A stretch of DNA of 48,392 nucleotides from contig RGZA01000001.1 in NCBI GenBank assembly GCA_010031785.1, positions 1 to 48,392 on the forward strand, written 5' to 3'. The notes below the pieces were generated by a model. It was given only the letters and a program-made list of their open reading frames with translations, had not been told where the DNA came from and did not search any database. This document shows, piece by piece, positions 1-8,978 of this stretch (within the stretch, counting starts at the first letter, position 1; each line of letters begins with the position of its first letter). The position numbers were made by a program, and so were the translations under genes. This stretch comes from Alphaproteobacteria bacterium (GTDB taxonomy: Bacteria > Pseudomonadota > Alphaproteobacteria > UBA9219 > RGZA01).

Positions 1-726
1 TACGCCAGTATCACCATCCGGGCCCCCAATCACAAAGCGACCGGTTGGATTGACATAAAAATTCTTCTCATTGCACATCCAGCCTTGTGGCAAAACCTTT
101 TCAACATAGGGGCGAATGAGCTCGCGCACCGCATCGGTTTCAATTTTTTCATTATGCTGGTGCGATACAACAATCGAATGCGCACGCACGGGCATGCCAT
201 CAACATATTCAAGTGTTACCTGGCTTTTTGCATCAGGTCCCAAGGCAGGAAGTTTGCCCGAATGCCGTGCATCGGAAAGGCTGCGCAAAATATTATGCGC
301 ATACATGATGGGCGCAGGCATCAGCTCGGGCGTTTCATTGCATGCATAGCCAAACATGATGCCCTGATCGCCAGCGCCTTCATCCTTGTTATCTTTTGCA
401 TCAACGCCAACGGCGATATCTTCGGATTGCGCATGGATGAGCACATCGATATTCACCCACTGCCAGTGAAATCCTTTTTGTGCATAACCGATTTCACGAA
501 TGGCTTCGCGCGCAGCGCTTTGCATTTCAAGTGGCGTGATGCTGTCTGGTCCTCGTACTTCGCCAGCAAGCGTGACATGATTGGTGGTGGCAAGGGTTTC
601 AACCGCAATACGCGCGTATGGATCTTCTTTTAAAAGCAGATCAACAATCGTGTCGGAGATACGATCGCATACTTTATCAGGATGACCTTCGGAAACCGAT
701 TCACTGGTAAATAAATAATTTTTCAT
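1..726 (-). CDS. metK: S-adenosylmethionine synthetase, first 242 codons (3' end lies beyond the window start)
   Basis: Absent from the ORF track because it runs off the edge. My minus-strand translation from the ATG at 726-724 gives [42 protein letters not shown]..., a canonical MetK N-terminus. The frame stays open to position 1. Confidence 0.9.
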   Translation of the reverse strand, partial: MKNYLFTSESVSEGHPDKVCDRISDTIVDLLLKEDPYARIAVETLATTNHVTLAGEVRGPDSITPLEMQSAAREAIREIGYAQKGFHWQWVNIDVLIHAQSEDIAVGVDAKDNKDEGAGDQGIMFGYACNETPELMPAPIMYAHNILRSLSDARHSGKLPALGPDAKSQVTLEYVDGMPVRAHSIVVSHQHNEKIETDAVRELIRPYVEKVLPQGWMCNEKNFYVNPTGRFVIGGPDGDTGV

Positions 727-801
727 AAAAGTGCGTGCTCGTGCAGAAAGGGAACAGAATGAGGTCCGAATTCTAGGAAGCTGCGCTAAAATCGCAAGTT
801 A

Positions 802-1269
802 TTAATCTTGGTCTGTCATGGCGCGGATAAGATCCAGGATCTTCTTACGCTTTTTTGGATCATCCACATTGTAATAGGCACGAACCAGATCTGCTGTTTC
901 TTTGCTGCTGAAATCGAGTTCTTTTAGTGGTGTTTCGCCTTCAAGGAGCTCCTGGCCTGCTTCGGCCATCCCTGAAAATCCAAAGCGCGATGTTGGCGCA
1001 TCTTCGAAAAAATAGGTTACAGGAACGCGCAACGCATTGCACATTTCATATAAACGGCTAGCACTTACACGGTTTGCACCATGTTCATATTTCTGGACCT
1101 GTTGAAATGTTAACCCAAGAATTTTCGCAAGCTTGTCTTGCGTCAGGCTCAATTGCATACGGCGGGTACGCAATTTTAACCCGATATGCATATCCAGGGG
1201 GTTAATTTCGTCGTCGCTATCTTCTTTGGCGTTTGGTTGCATCGTTCTCTTCAAGGCGTTTCTTCTCAT
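802..1269 (-). CDS. XRE-family helix-turn-helix transcriptional regulator
   Basis: 155-aa ORF. The HTH_3-type core is LRTRRMQLSLTQDKLAKILGLTFQQVQKYEHGANRVSASRLYEMCNAL. It sits next to lnt, a neighbourhood common in alphaproteobacteria. Confidence 0.8.
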   Translation of the reverse strand: MRRNALKRTMQPNAKEDSDDEINPLDMHIGLKLRTRRMQLSLTQDKLAKILGLTFQQVQKYEHGANRVSASRLYEMCNALRVPVTYFFEDAPTSRFGFSGMAEAGQELLEGETPLKELDFSSKETADLVRAYYNVDDPKKRKKILDLIRAMTDQD

Positions 1270-1476
1270 ACAATAGCATGGTAGTTAACAAATAAATCAA
1301 CCAGCGAATTAACTTTATTATTACTTCAATTGATTAATTAAAATAACCAAAAAGAGTATAAATTCGATTATTCGGTTTTAGGTCGCAGAATCTCAATGAT
1401 CAATCATAAAATTACTTTCATGATTTTTATGCGGCGAGAGCGTGCCAATGATGTGCAAAGAAAGGCACGTTTTTGC

Positions 1477-2970
1477 TTAAAAAGCAAAGAATTGCCGTAG
1501 TTTAACAAAGGCTGGCGCATTGTTAAGGGCATGGGGCACAGCACTATCAATCACCCCGGTGGCATTCAGCGGTAATGATTCGATCGTCCTGCCCAAGGGA
1601 TCGATGATCGCACTGACCCCTGAATTCGCCGCGCGGATCAAGGGCAAGCCTTCTTCAATCGCACGGACACGCGCCATGGCGAGATGCTGATAGGGGCCGC
1701 TGGTATTTCCAAACCATGCATCATTGGTGATTTGTATAAGCGCCTGCGGGCGATCCGTTTCATCCACTACTTGGCCGCTAAAAATAGCTTCATAGCAGAT
1801 CATGGTGCTAAAGGATGGAAAGGAAGGCGGGCGCAATGTTTTGGATCCGCTGCCCGGCGTAAAATCCGCCGTGCCAATAACATCAACTGCAACAGGCACC
1901 ATTTGCAAGATGTTGCGCAGCGGCACGAATTCACCAAACGGTACGAGATGCGATTTATCGTAACTACCAATGATGCTGCCCTTATCATTCATGATTACAA
2001 GGGAATTAAAATAATGGATCACGCCCTGATCAACTGTGCGTGATGGCGCACCCGTGATCAGCGCGCCATTTTTTGGAATAATATGTTTTAAGGTTGCACG
2101 TGATGCATCGTCCTGATTTAGAAAAAACGGCGATGCTGTTTCCGGCCAGATAATATGGGTAATCGGTTTTTCAGAGGCTTGCCGTGATAGCACAATAATT
2201 TTAGAAAGCGCCGCAATGCGTTGCTGTTCCGTGCGGCGATTGGTTTGTTCAATTGCAGGCTGCACCATGCGCAGGTTAATAGCATCGTGATAAGCAATCG
2301 GCGTTGATTGCAGGCGCTCTGCGCCCCACAGGCTAAGGCCTGAGAACACAATGCCAATCACTGCCAATGCGATCAGCGATGATTTTTGTAAGGGTTGAAA
2401 CAGAAAGCTGCATGCTGTGCCCGCGAGCAAGGTAAGCAGTGTAAGACCATGAATACCAAACAGGCTCACGCTTTGAATAAGCGGTAAAGTGTCTGACCAG
2501 ATATAGCCAAACAGGTTCCATGGAAATCCGCTTAAAAACCAGCCGCGAACTATTTCATTTAGGAATAATGTAACAGCAAGCGCGATGCAATAGATAATCG
2601 GTTTATGGCGCAGGCCATGCACAGCGCACGCAGCGCCACCAAAAATCAACGCAAGATAGGCGGGCAGGGCAAGCAGCGAAAAAGGCAACACCCACATATA
2701 GCGCGCAATATCGATAAACAGCGATGCCGAGATCCAGTAAAGTCCGGCTAGATGAAAACCAACAGCATAAAACCACGCCAGCGCGAAGCTTTGCTTATGG
2801 GAACTGGCAGATTTTAAAAGAGTAACAAACGCGCCAAATCCTAATAAAAATACAATCGGCCATGAAAGCGGGGGCAGCGCAAACGCGCTGAGAATACCCA
2901 ATAATACACAGATCAGGTTTTTGTAAAGTGGGCGTGATGACGTAATGCGTGTTACGATCGTATAAAACAC
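1477..2970 (-). CDS. lnt: apolipoprotein N-acyltransferase
   Basis: 497 aa. The N-terminal half is polytopic membrane and the C-terminal half is a CN-hydrolase domain (IIWPETA..., MICYEAIF). It follows corC in the conserved ybeY-corC-lnt order. Confidence 0.9.
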   Translation of the reverse strand: MFYTIVTRITSSRPLYKNLICVLLGILSAFALPPLSWPIVFLLGFGAFVTLLKSASSHKQSFALAWFYAVGFHLAGLYWISASLFIDIARYMWVLPFSLLALPAYLALIFGGAACAVHGLRHKPIIYCIALAVTLFLNEIVRGWFLSGFPWNLFGYIWSDTLPLIQSVSLFGIHGLTLLTLLAGTACSFLFQPLQKSSLIALAVIGIVFSGLSLWGAERLQSTPIAYHDAINLRMVQPAIEQTNRRTEQQRIAALSKIIVLSRQASEKPITHIIWPETASPFFLNQDDASRATLKHIIPKNGALITGAPSRTVDQGVIHYFNSLVIMNDKGSIIGSYDKSHLVPFGEFVPLRNILQMVPVAVDVIGTADFTPGSGSKTLRPPSFPSFSTMICYEAIFSGQVVDETDRPQALIQITNDAWFGNTSGPYQHLAMARVRAIEEGLPLIRAANSGVSAIIDPLGRTIESLPLNATGVIDSAVPHALNNAPAFVKLRQFFAF

Positions 2971-2971
2971 G

Positions 2972-4243
2972 TTACACGCTGGCCGTTAATGGCGCGGCGT
3001 TATCCACAAGGCCATCTGATTTTGGGACATTGTGCACGCGCAGGCGTTTGATGCGCCGTGTATCTGCTTCCAGTACTTCAAATGAAATACCGGATGTGTG
3101 GCGAAGATTTTCGCCTTTCAACGGCACGCGTCCCGCAAGGGTAAAGACAAGGCCACCAAGCGTATCAATCGCCTGACGTTCTTCTTCTTGCAAGATGCTG
3201 CCAATCTGTTCTTCAAAGGCATCAATCGGCATGCGTGCATCAACCACGATGCTGCCATCGGCACGGCGCTGCAATTGGATAACATTGGCGGGATCATCAT
3301 GTTCATCGTCGATATCGCCAACAATTTCTTCAACCACATCTTCAATGGTGACAAGCCCGTCAATACCGCCGAACTCATCAACGACAAGGGCCATATGTTG
3401 GCGCTTCTGGCGCATTTGCAGCAGCAAACGCGTTACAGGCATGGAGGGTGGAACATATAAAAGCTTGCGCACAATATGGGGGATGAGCACGGGCTTATCA
3501 TCGACAAGCCCGGCGGTCACATCCTTGATATGCACAAAGCCAATGACATCATCAAGCGTTTTGCGAAACACCGGCACACGGCTATGGCCGGTTTTACCCA
3601 TTAACGCTGCAAGCTTTTTGAGCGGCGTTGTTTCATCAATTGCAAAAATATCCGCGCGCGGGATCATGATGTCTGAAATGCGGCGGTCACGCGCATTGAG
3701 AAGATTGGTAAGCAGTTCTTTTTCACCAGTGCTGGAACCCTTGTTTTTTTGTTTAGGCACATCAATTACATACGGATCGCTGATCCCAAGGCCGGACAGA
3801 ATTGCTTTTTCAAGCGTTTCCATGCGTTTGGCCTTTTCAGCCTTCATGTGGTCGTATCCTAACAGATGCAGGACGCTATGCACAACCAGATGAATAAGGT
3901 GATGATTTCCCGGCTTTTTTAGGGTTAAGGCTTCTTTACGAATAACCGCATCACATAAAATAATATCGCCAAGATAAATTGTTTGCTGTTTCGTAGGCTT
4001 TAATTTTTTCAATTCCGCAGGTGTAAATTGCGGGAATGACAAAACATTGGTGGTTTTTTTCTTGCCACGAAAATCGTGATTAAGGGATTGAATGGTTTTA
4101 GCGGATACAAAAGCAATCGTCGCTTCAGCAGATTTTTTTTCAAAATCCAATGCTGTTGAAAGATGCGCACTGATTTTTTTTAAAAGAGCGGGCGGTAAAA
4201 GTTTTTTTTCTTTTGCGCCAGCATTAAGCGTGAGCGTGATCAT
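2972..4243 (-). CDS. ybeY: in-frame fusion of the YbeY endoribonuclease (N-terminal) with a CorC/TlyC-type CBS-pair plus CorC_HlyC domain protein (C-terminal)
   Basis: A single 423-aa ORF. Roughly aa 1-160 carry the YbeY metal motif HLVVHSVLHLLGYDH and the ...GISDPY end. Roughly aa 185-423 are CorC-like (ISDIMIPRADI..., VVDEFGGIDGLVTIEDVVEEIVGDIDDE, and a CorC_HlyC-type C-terminus). No stop codon separates the two parts. Confidence 0.85.
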   Translation of the reverse strand: MITLTLNAGAKEKKLLPPALLKKISAHLSTALDFEKKSAEATIAFVSAKTIQSLNHDFRGKKKTTNVLSFPQFTPAELKKLKPTKQQTIYLGDIILCDAVIRKEALTLKKPGNHHLIHLVVHSVLHLLGYDHMKAEKAKRMETLEKAILSGLGISDPYVIDVPKQKNKGSSTGEKELLTNLLNARDRRISDIMIPRADIFAIDETTPLKKLAALMGKTGHSRVPVFRKTLDDVIGFVHIKDVTAGLVDDKPVLIPHIVRKLLYVPPSMPVTRLLLQMRQKRQHMALVVDEFGGIDGLVTIEDVVEEIVGDIDDEHDDPANVIQLQRRADGSIVVDARMPIDAFEEQIGSILQEEERQAIDTLGGLVFTLAGRVPLKGENLRHTSGISFEVLEADTRRIKRLRVHNVPKSDGLVDNAAPLTASV

Positions 4244-5610
4244 TAAACGATAACCCCTTCAAGGCTATTGGTGGTGACGTGATTGATTTTTACATTGGCA
4301 ATCTGGCCGAACATGCCCTGCCCATTTCTTGTGCCATCCTGCACATAGAGCGATTGCATATGCGGTGTGCGGCCTAATAATTGTCCATCAAGCTTGCCAT
4401 GGCGGTCAAACAGCACAGGGATGGTTTTGCCAATAAATCCTTCGTTAAAGCTGCGTTGCTGGCTGAACAGCAATTCCTGTAATGCTGCAAGGCGCGCGGT
4501 CTTTACATCCTCAGGAATCTGGCCTGCCATACTTGCCGCTGGCGTACCGGGGCGCTCGCTGTATTTAAAGGAATAGGCTTGTGCAAAATTCACATCGCGA
4601 ATGAGCTGCAGCGTGTCTTCAAAATCCTTATCGCTCTCATTAGGAAAGCCCACAATAAAATCGGATGAAAAAGCGATGTGCGGCGTTGCTTTGCGTGTTG
4701 CTTCAATCACGCGCAGATAATCATCGCGCGTATGTTTGCGATTCATCGCTTCAAGCATGATGTTGCTGCCGCTTTGCACCGGTAGATGCATAAAGGGCAT
4801 CAGCTTTTCAATGTCGCGATGCGCGGCCATCAATGCATCATCCATATCTTTGGGATGCGATGTGGTATAGCGAATGCGCGTGACATCCAGTTTTGCAACT
4901 GCTTCAATCAATTGCCCAAGGCCGCATATTTGGCCGTTTTCTGCTGCGCCATGATAGGCGTTAACGTTTTGCCCAAGCAGTGTGATTTCTTTTGCACCAC
5001 TATCGATCAGGCGCTGTGCTTCGGCTAAAATTGCGCTGACTGGGCGGGAATATTCTGCGCCACGTGTATAGGGAACAACGCAAAAGGTGCAAAATTTATC
5101 GCATCCTTCCTGCACGGATAAAAACGCGCTTGGGCCTTGGCCCGCTGTTTCGGTTGGCAAAAAATCAAATTTGGATTCAATCGGAAAATCCGTGTCAATC
5201 ACGCCGCCCTTATTACGTACAGCTTTGGCAACCATTTCCGGTAAGCGGTGATAGGTCTGTGGGCCAAACACCATATCGACATAGGGCGCGCGCGCCATAA
5301 TCTGCTCGCCCTCAGCTTGCGCAACGCAGCCTGCTACGCCAATCATTTTGGGACGGTTGGCCACAGTTTCCTGCTTTTGCTGCTTATGTAACCGGCCAAG
5401 TTCAGAAAACATTTTATCCGCTGCCTTTTCGCGGATATGGCAGGTGTTCAGGATCACAAGATCCGCGCCTTGCGCTTCATCGCTCAAGCCAAAGCCAAGC
5501 GGTGCAAGCAAATCCGCCATCTTGGCGCTGTCATAGACATTCATCTGACAACCCCATGTCATGATATGGAGTTTCTTGTCTTTTTTAATATGTGGCGTAA
5601 CGGCGTTCAT
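4243..5610 (-). CDS. miaB: tRNA-i6A37 methylthiotransferase
   Basis: Carries the UPF0004 motif (MTWGCQMNVYD) and the radical-SAM CxxxCxxC motif (EGCDKFCTFCVVPYTRG). I place the start at the ATG at 5610 (MNAVTPH...), because the track's longer ORF to 5796 would overlap olsA. The stop overlaps the ybeY ATG as TAATG. Confidence 0.9.
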   Translation of the reverse strand: MNAVTPHIKKDKKLHIMTWGCQMNVYDSAKMADLLAPLGFGLSDEAQGADLVILNTCHIREKAADKMFSELGRLHKQQKQETVANRPKMIGVAGCVAQAEGEQIMARAPYVDMVFGPQTYHRLPEMVAKAVRNKGGVIDTDFPIESKFDFLPTETAGQGPSAFLSVQEGCDKFCTFCVVPYTRGAEYSRPVSAILAEAQRLIDSGAKEITLLGQNVNAYHGAAENGQICGLGQLIEAVAKLDVTRIRYTTSHPKDMDDALMAAHRDIEKLMPFMHLPVQSGSNIMLEAMNRKHTRDDYLRVIEATRKATPHIAFSSDFIVGFPNESDKDFEDTLQLIRDVNFAQAYSFKYSERPGTPAASMAGQIPEDVKTARLAALQELLFSQQRSFNEGFIGKTIPVLFDRHGKLDGQLLGRTPHMQSLYVQDGTRNGQGMFGQIANVKINHVTTNSLEGVIV

Positions 5611-5620
5611 GCGGGCAGTT

Positions 5621-6424
5621 TTAGCTGAGCGGGGCAGCAGGGGGAAGAGCCTTAATTGTTTCTTCGCTAAATATACCATAAGGCCCATTTTCGACTTGCT
5701 TGCGCGCATATTCACCCAGTTCCTTGCGGTCGTTAAAACGGCTGGCCTTAAACGCCGGGTGAAAGGTAATACGCACATGCAGGTTGCTGGTTTCAAACAC
5801 TGTCCACAGATGTGGCATTAAGGTCATATCGCCATACCATGCATACCGGTTTTGAATGCCATTTTTACCATAACATGCAATCGACACTGGCTGGATCATC
5901 ACATCCACATCACTCATATCCAGAACCGATTGCATCAAGCCGCTTTTGAAAAATTTTACTTCCGAGCCATCGGTCGATGTTCCTTCAGGGAAGAGCACGA
6001 TGTTTTTTTGCTCACGCATGACTTTGATAATTGCAGCGCCTTGTTCGGCGGTACCTTTTTTATTGCGGCGATCAATGAAGATTGTGCCCTGCAACTTGGT
6101 CAGGTAGCCAAAGAGCGGCCAGTCAGCAACCTCGGCTTTTGCAACAAAATAGGTGGGGATTACGCTGGCAATGCTAATGGTGTCCAGATACGACATGTGA
6201 TTGCACAGGAAAAGCGTTGGAACGGTTTGCGACATCTCCCCGCGTGTTTCGATCTTCATGCCTAAAATAAACTGGGTCAGCACTTTATGAAAATAGGTCG
6301 GTAAAATATTCTGAATGCGCAGTTTGAAAAACTTGACCGTAACCTGAATGGGTACGCACAAAGCTACCCAGCACAAAAACGCAATCACACGAAATGTACC
6401 AAGAAGCGGAAGCAAGAACGGCAT
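5621..6424 (-). CDS. olsA: lyso-ornithine lipid O-acyltransferase (PlsC-family acyltransferase)
   Basis: 267 aa with the HX4D motif (CNHMSYLD) and the FPEGTS motif. It lies immediately downstream of the olsB-like gene and overlaps it by 1 nt. Confidence 0.75.
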   Translation of the reverse strand: MPFLLPLLGTFRVIAFLCWVALCVPIQVTVKFFKLRIQNILPTYFHKVLTQFILGMKIETRGEMSQTVPTLFLCNHMSYLDTISIASVIPTYFVAKAEVADWPLFGYLTKLQGTIFIDRRNKKGTAEQGAAIIKVMREQKNIVLFPEGTSTDGSEVKFFKSGLMQSVLDMSDVDVMIQPVSIACYGKNGIQNRYAWYGDMTLMPHLWTVFETSNLHVRITFHPAFKASRFNDRKELGEYARKQVENGPYGIFSEETIKALPPAAPLS

Positions 6425-7260
6425 TAGATAATCGTGTCCCTGTTCTTAAGTTCGTAATGCCGCGAATATTTCTGTGCGATCAGATCGGTTTTTACAATCA
6501 CGCACACATCGGTGGTGTTGAACTCTTCATCGACCACTGCACCATCCCCTACAAAGCCACCAAGGCGTAAATAGCCTTTTAATAAGGGGGGGAGCAGGTT
6601 AAGCGGCGGCATTTGCGACAGGCCTTTTTCAGGATCAACGTCGCTTGGGTCCATTAAGCGCATATCGACATAGCGGTGCGGCAGCGCAGTGGTGCGCAAG
6701 TAAGGTGCTGCAAGATGATAATAATAAAGATAGGTGAGGGGAACTGCCAAAGCTTTAGGGTCAGTGCCTGGCAGACTTGCGCAACCAAACAAAATATCAA
6801 TGCCATAGGCACCGATATAATCGGCAATTCCGCGCCACAGCAATTGCATGGTAGGACGATTGCGGAAATCGGGCGCAACGCACGAACGACCAACTTCCAG
6901 AATTTCACCCGGATAAGCAATGAGGCGTGAGATATCATATTCGCTGCTTGAATAAAAACCACCATGACGCTGTGCTGCATCGCGGCGCACGAGGCGATAG
7001 GTGCCAATCACGGTTGGTGGCAGATCGCCCGTGCCGTGATCAATCACAATCAGATGGTCGCAATATTTATCAAGGCTGTCGAAATCAATTTTGCTAACGG
7101 CCATTTCAGGAGACGCCTTGGCGCCCATTTCTTCATAGAACACTTGATAGCGGAGTTGCTGTGCTGCCAATACTTCCTTGCTGTCTTGCGCAATGCGCAC
7201 TTCAAGGCGGCCAAGGCGAAGCCCATGCGGGCCTAGTACGGATTGTTCTTCTGCATTCAT
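6424..7260 (-). CDS. olsB: ornithine N-acyltransferase (GNAT/hemolysin-like OlsB family)
   Basis: 278 aa. The N-terminus, AAQQLRYQVFYEEMGA..., is typical of OlsB. The olsB-olsA gene order matches that described in rhizobia. Confidence 0.75.
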   Translation of the reverse strand: MNAEEQSVLGPHGLRLGRLEVRIAQDSKEVLAAQQLRYQVFYEEMGAKASPEMAVSKIDFDSLDKYCDHLIVIDHGTGDLPPTVIGTYRLVRRDAAQRHGGFYSSSEYDISRLIAYPGEILEVGRSCVAPDFRNRPTMQLLWRGIADYIGAYGIDILFGCASLPGTDPKALAVPLTYLYYYHLAAPYLRTTALPHRYVDMRLMDPSDVDPEKGLSQMPPLNLLPPLLKGYLRLGGFVGDGAVVDEEFNTTDVCVIVKTDLIAQKYSRHYELKNRDTII

Positions 7261-7312
7261 GGGTAATTCCTCTGTGAAGCGCTATCATATAGCGAAATAA
7301 TGAGGCTGCAAT

Positions 7313-7357
7313 CCTTATGATTTATGGCCTTATGATGTATGGCCTTATGATTTCTGG
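7313..7357. repeat. 3 x 15-bp perfect-phase tandem repeat (CCTTATGATTTATGG / CCTTATGATGTATGG / CCTTATGATTTCTGG)
   Basis: Read directly from the sequence. The third unit contains the mucR stop codon (7345-7347) and the other two lie in the mucR-olsB spacer. Confidence 0.9.
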
Positions 7358-7782
7358 TTTGCTTTGGTGCCAAGGCCAATATTTTTAGCCAGGGTGCTGC
7401 GTTCTTTGGCATAGCTTGGCGCAACCATGGGATAATCGGAAGGAAGATTCCAGCGTTCACGGTATTGCTGAGGCGACATATTATACGCCGTTTTCAAATG
7501 GCGTTTCAGCATTTTGAGCTTTTTGCCATCTTCCAGACACACAATATATTCCGGTGTGATTGATTTTTTAACCGGTACGGCGGGTTCGGGGCGGCCTTCG
7601 GTTGCTATGCTGGTGTTGGTTATTCCATCAAGGCGCAAAAAGCTGTGATACACCTGCTGCACAAGCGCGGGCAGTTCGTTCATATCGACTTTATTATTCG
7701 AAACATAGGATGCAACGACATCCGCAACAAGGCGTGTTAAATCGGGTTTTTGATTGGTCATGATATTTTGTAAGAGAAGCAA
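7345..7782 (-). CDS. mucR: MucR/Ros family zinc-finger transcriptional regulator
   Basis: 145 aa. The segment ITPEYIVCLEDGKKLKMLKRHLKTAYNMSPQQYRERWNLPSDYPMVAPSYAKERS is the Ros/MucR signature. Confidence 0.9.
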   Translation of the reverse strand: MLLLQNIMTNQKPDLTRLVADVVASYVSNNKVDMNELPALVQQVYHSFLRLDGITNTSIATEGRPEPAVPVKKSITPEYIVCLEDGKKLKMLKRHLKTAYNMSPQQYRERWNLPSDYPMVAPSYAKERSTLAKNIGLGTKANQKS

Positions 7783-7832
7783 CTAAATGAAATTAATAGG
7801 CCGCGTTGTTCGTAAAAGCAATCTCTATAAAT

Positions 7833-8351
7833 TTAGTTTGGTATATGAATATGTTGAGGCTCATTGAGCTTTTTTTGCATGACCAATGCGGCCATGTTTT
7901 TTTTGCCAGCTGGCATTTGATAATAGCCTTCGCGTTTTGCAATCACTTCAAATCCAAGGCTGCGATAAAGGGCGATTGCGCCATGATTATTTTCCATGAC
8001 GTCGAGAAAAAGTTTTTGTATGTGATGTTCTGGGCCATGTTTTTGCCGTGTTTCAATAAGGCTATTGACCAGAAGTGTGCCATAGCCTTTGCGGTGCTGC
8101 GTTGGATGAACCGCAAGGGTCAGGATCTCGCCCTCATCGGCAACGTGGCTAGCAAGAATAAATCCGGCGGGTTCATCCTTTGTAATCAGCACAATACCGG
8201 CGTTTGATGGTTGCAATAACAAGCTATGAAAAGATTCCGCTGTCCAGCATTGCAGCGGTGTAAAGCATTCCTTGTGCAGCAGCGCCATCCAGGCAGCATC
8301 GGCGATGTTTAGTTCACGCAGTGTGAGCAAGCGGTTTGGGAGCGGTAACAT
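7833..8351 (-). CDS. rimI: ribosomal-protein-alanine N-acetyltransferase (GNAT)
   Basis: GNAT core LAVHPTQHRKGYGTLLV...LDVMENNHGAIALYRSLGF. It follows tsaB, as is usual. I place the start at the internal ATG (MLPLPN...), since the longer track ORF (to 8423) overlaps the tsaB 3' end more heavily. Confidence 0.75.
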   Translation of the reverse strand: MLPLPNRLLTLRELNIADAAWMALLHKECFTPLQCWTAESFHSLLLQPSNAGIVLITKDEPAGFILASHVADEGEILTLAVHPTQHRKGYGTLLVNSLIETRQKHGPEHHIQKLFLDVMENNHGAIALYRSLGFEVIAKREGYYQMPAGKKNMAALVMQKKLNEPQHIHIPN

Positions 8352-8978
8352 CGGCTTCGCGCAGATAGAGAGGTTGAGGGGAGCTATGCTGCGCAGGATC
8401 AGCGCGTTGCGTGAGCTGTGCAAGGCTTTGCATAAAACGCGTATCGGAAATATCCAGCATGTGCAGCGACGGGTTTAATGCAAGCAACGGCGCAGCGCCA
8501 TTGCCGGTGATGAGGCAATCGGCAGGTAGTTTTTCAAGGATATCCTGCGCGGTGCTTAGGAAATAATTCTCAATCGTGTGATCTGCATTAAGCCATGCGC
8601 AGAATAAATCAGCACGTTTAGATTCCCGGATGATCAATACCGGTTTGGTCTGCGGGTAAAAGGTTTGGATAGCATGCGCGGTGATTTGAAAATGATCAAA
8701 CCCGAATGCAGGCTTGGCATTCGCGAGCGCAAGGCCGCGCACAAAGGCAAGACCTACACACGCAAGCCAGTAAAACTGCCGGGACCCGTAGCAATGGCAA
8801 AGCGGTCAATCGCCTGAGTGGTTAGAGTGTTAGTACTTAGAAGTTCTGCGGTAAGCGGTGCAAGAATTTTTGCCTGATCGCGTTGCGTAGGGATAATTGT
8901 TTCAGCGATTGCTTTGCCATCTGCATACAATGCAACGGCACAACTATCCCCGCCCGTATCAATCGCCAAAATACGCAT
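8314..8978 (-). pseudogene. tsaB: tRNA t6A37 threonylcarbamoyl-transfer protein TsaB, interrupted by a frameshift at 8754-8761
   Basis: The track splits it into 8754-8978 (MRILAIDTGGDSCAVAL...GPGSFTGLRV*) and 8314-8742 (..RGLALANAKP...). On the minus strand the junction reads TTGCGTGTGTAGGTCTTGCC. Removing one GT unit gives L-R-V-G-L-A-F-V-R-G-L, the canonical continuous TsaB motif. Confidence 0.8.

Noticed and set aside
85-633. 182-aa and 77-aa plus-strand ORFs at the window start
   Set aside because: They lie antisense to an unmistakable metK reading frame on the minus strand. Their translations are low-complexity and match no motif, so they are shadow ORFs.
727-801. Possible SAM-II riboswitch in the 75-nt metK leader
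   Set aside because: SAM-II elements often precede metK in alphaproteobacteria, and the leader contains UUGCGAUUUUAGCGCAGCUU. I could not fold the conserved pseudoknot or find the conserved 3' AAAGC-type strand. It needs a covariance-model scan (Rfam RF00521) before it can be claimed.
1430-1476. Hairpin CGTGCC-N17-GGCACG followed by TTTTT just past the lnt stop
   Set aside because: The T run is on the plus strand, but the upstream gene (lnt) is on the minus strand. The loop is long and the stem is only 6 bp, so this is not a convincing terminator for lnt.
3195-3893. 232-aa plus-strand ORF (and 3098-3460) inside ybeY-corC
   Set aside because: It is antisense to a well-supported CDS, and the translation is Ser/Thr-rich low-complexity sequence with no motif.
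5611-5796. 62-codon N-terminal extension of miaB in the ORF track
   Set aside because: It would overlap the olsA 3' end by about 175 nt. MiaB homology begins just after the internal ATG at 5610, so I prefer the shorter start.
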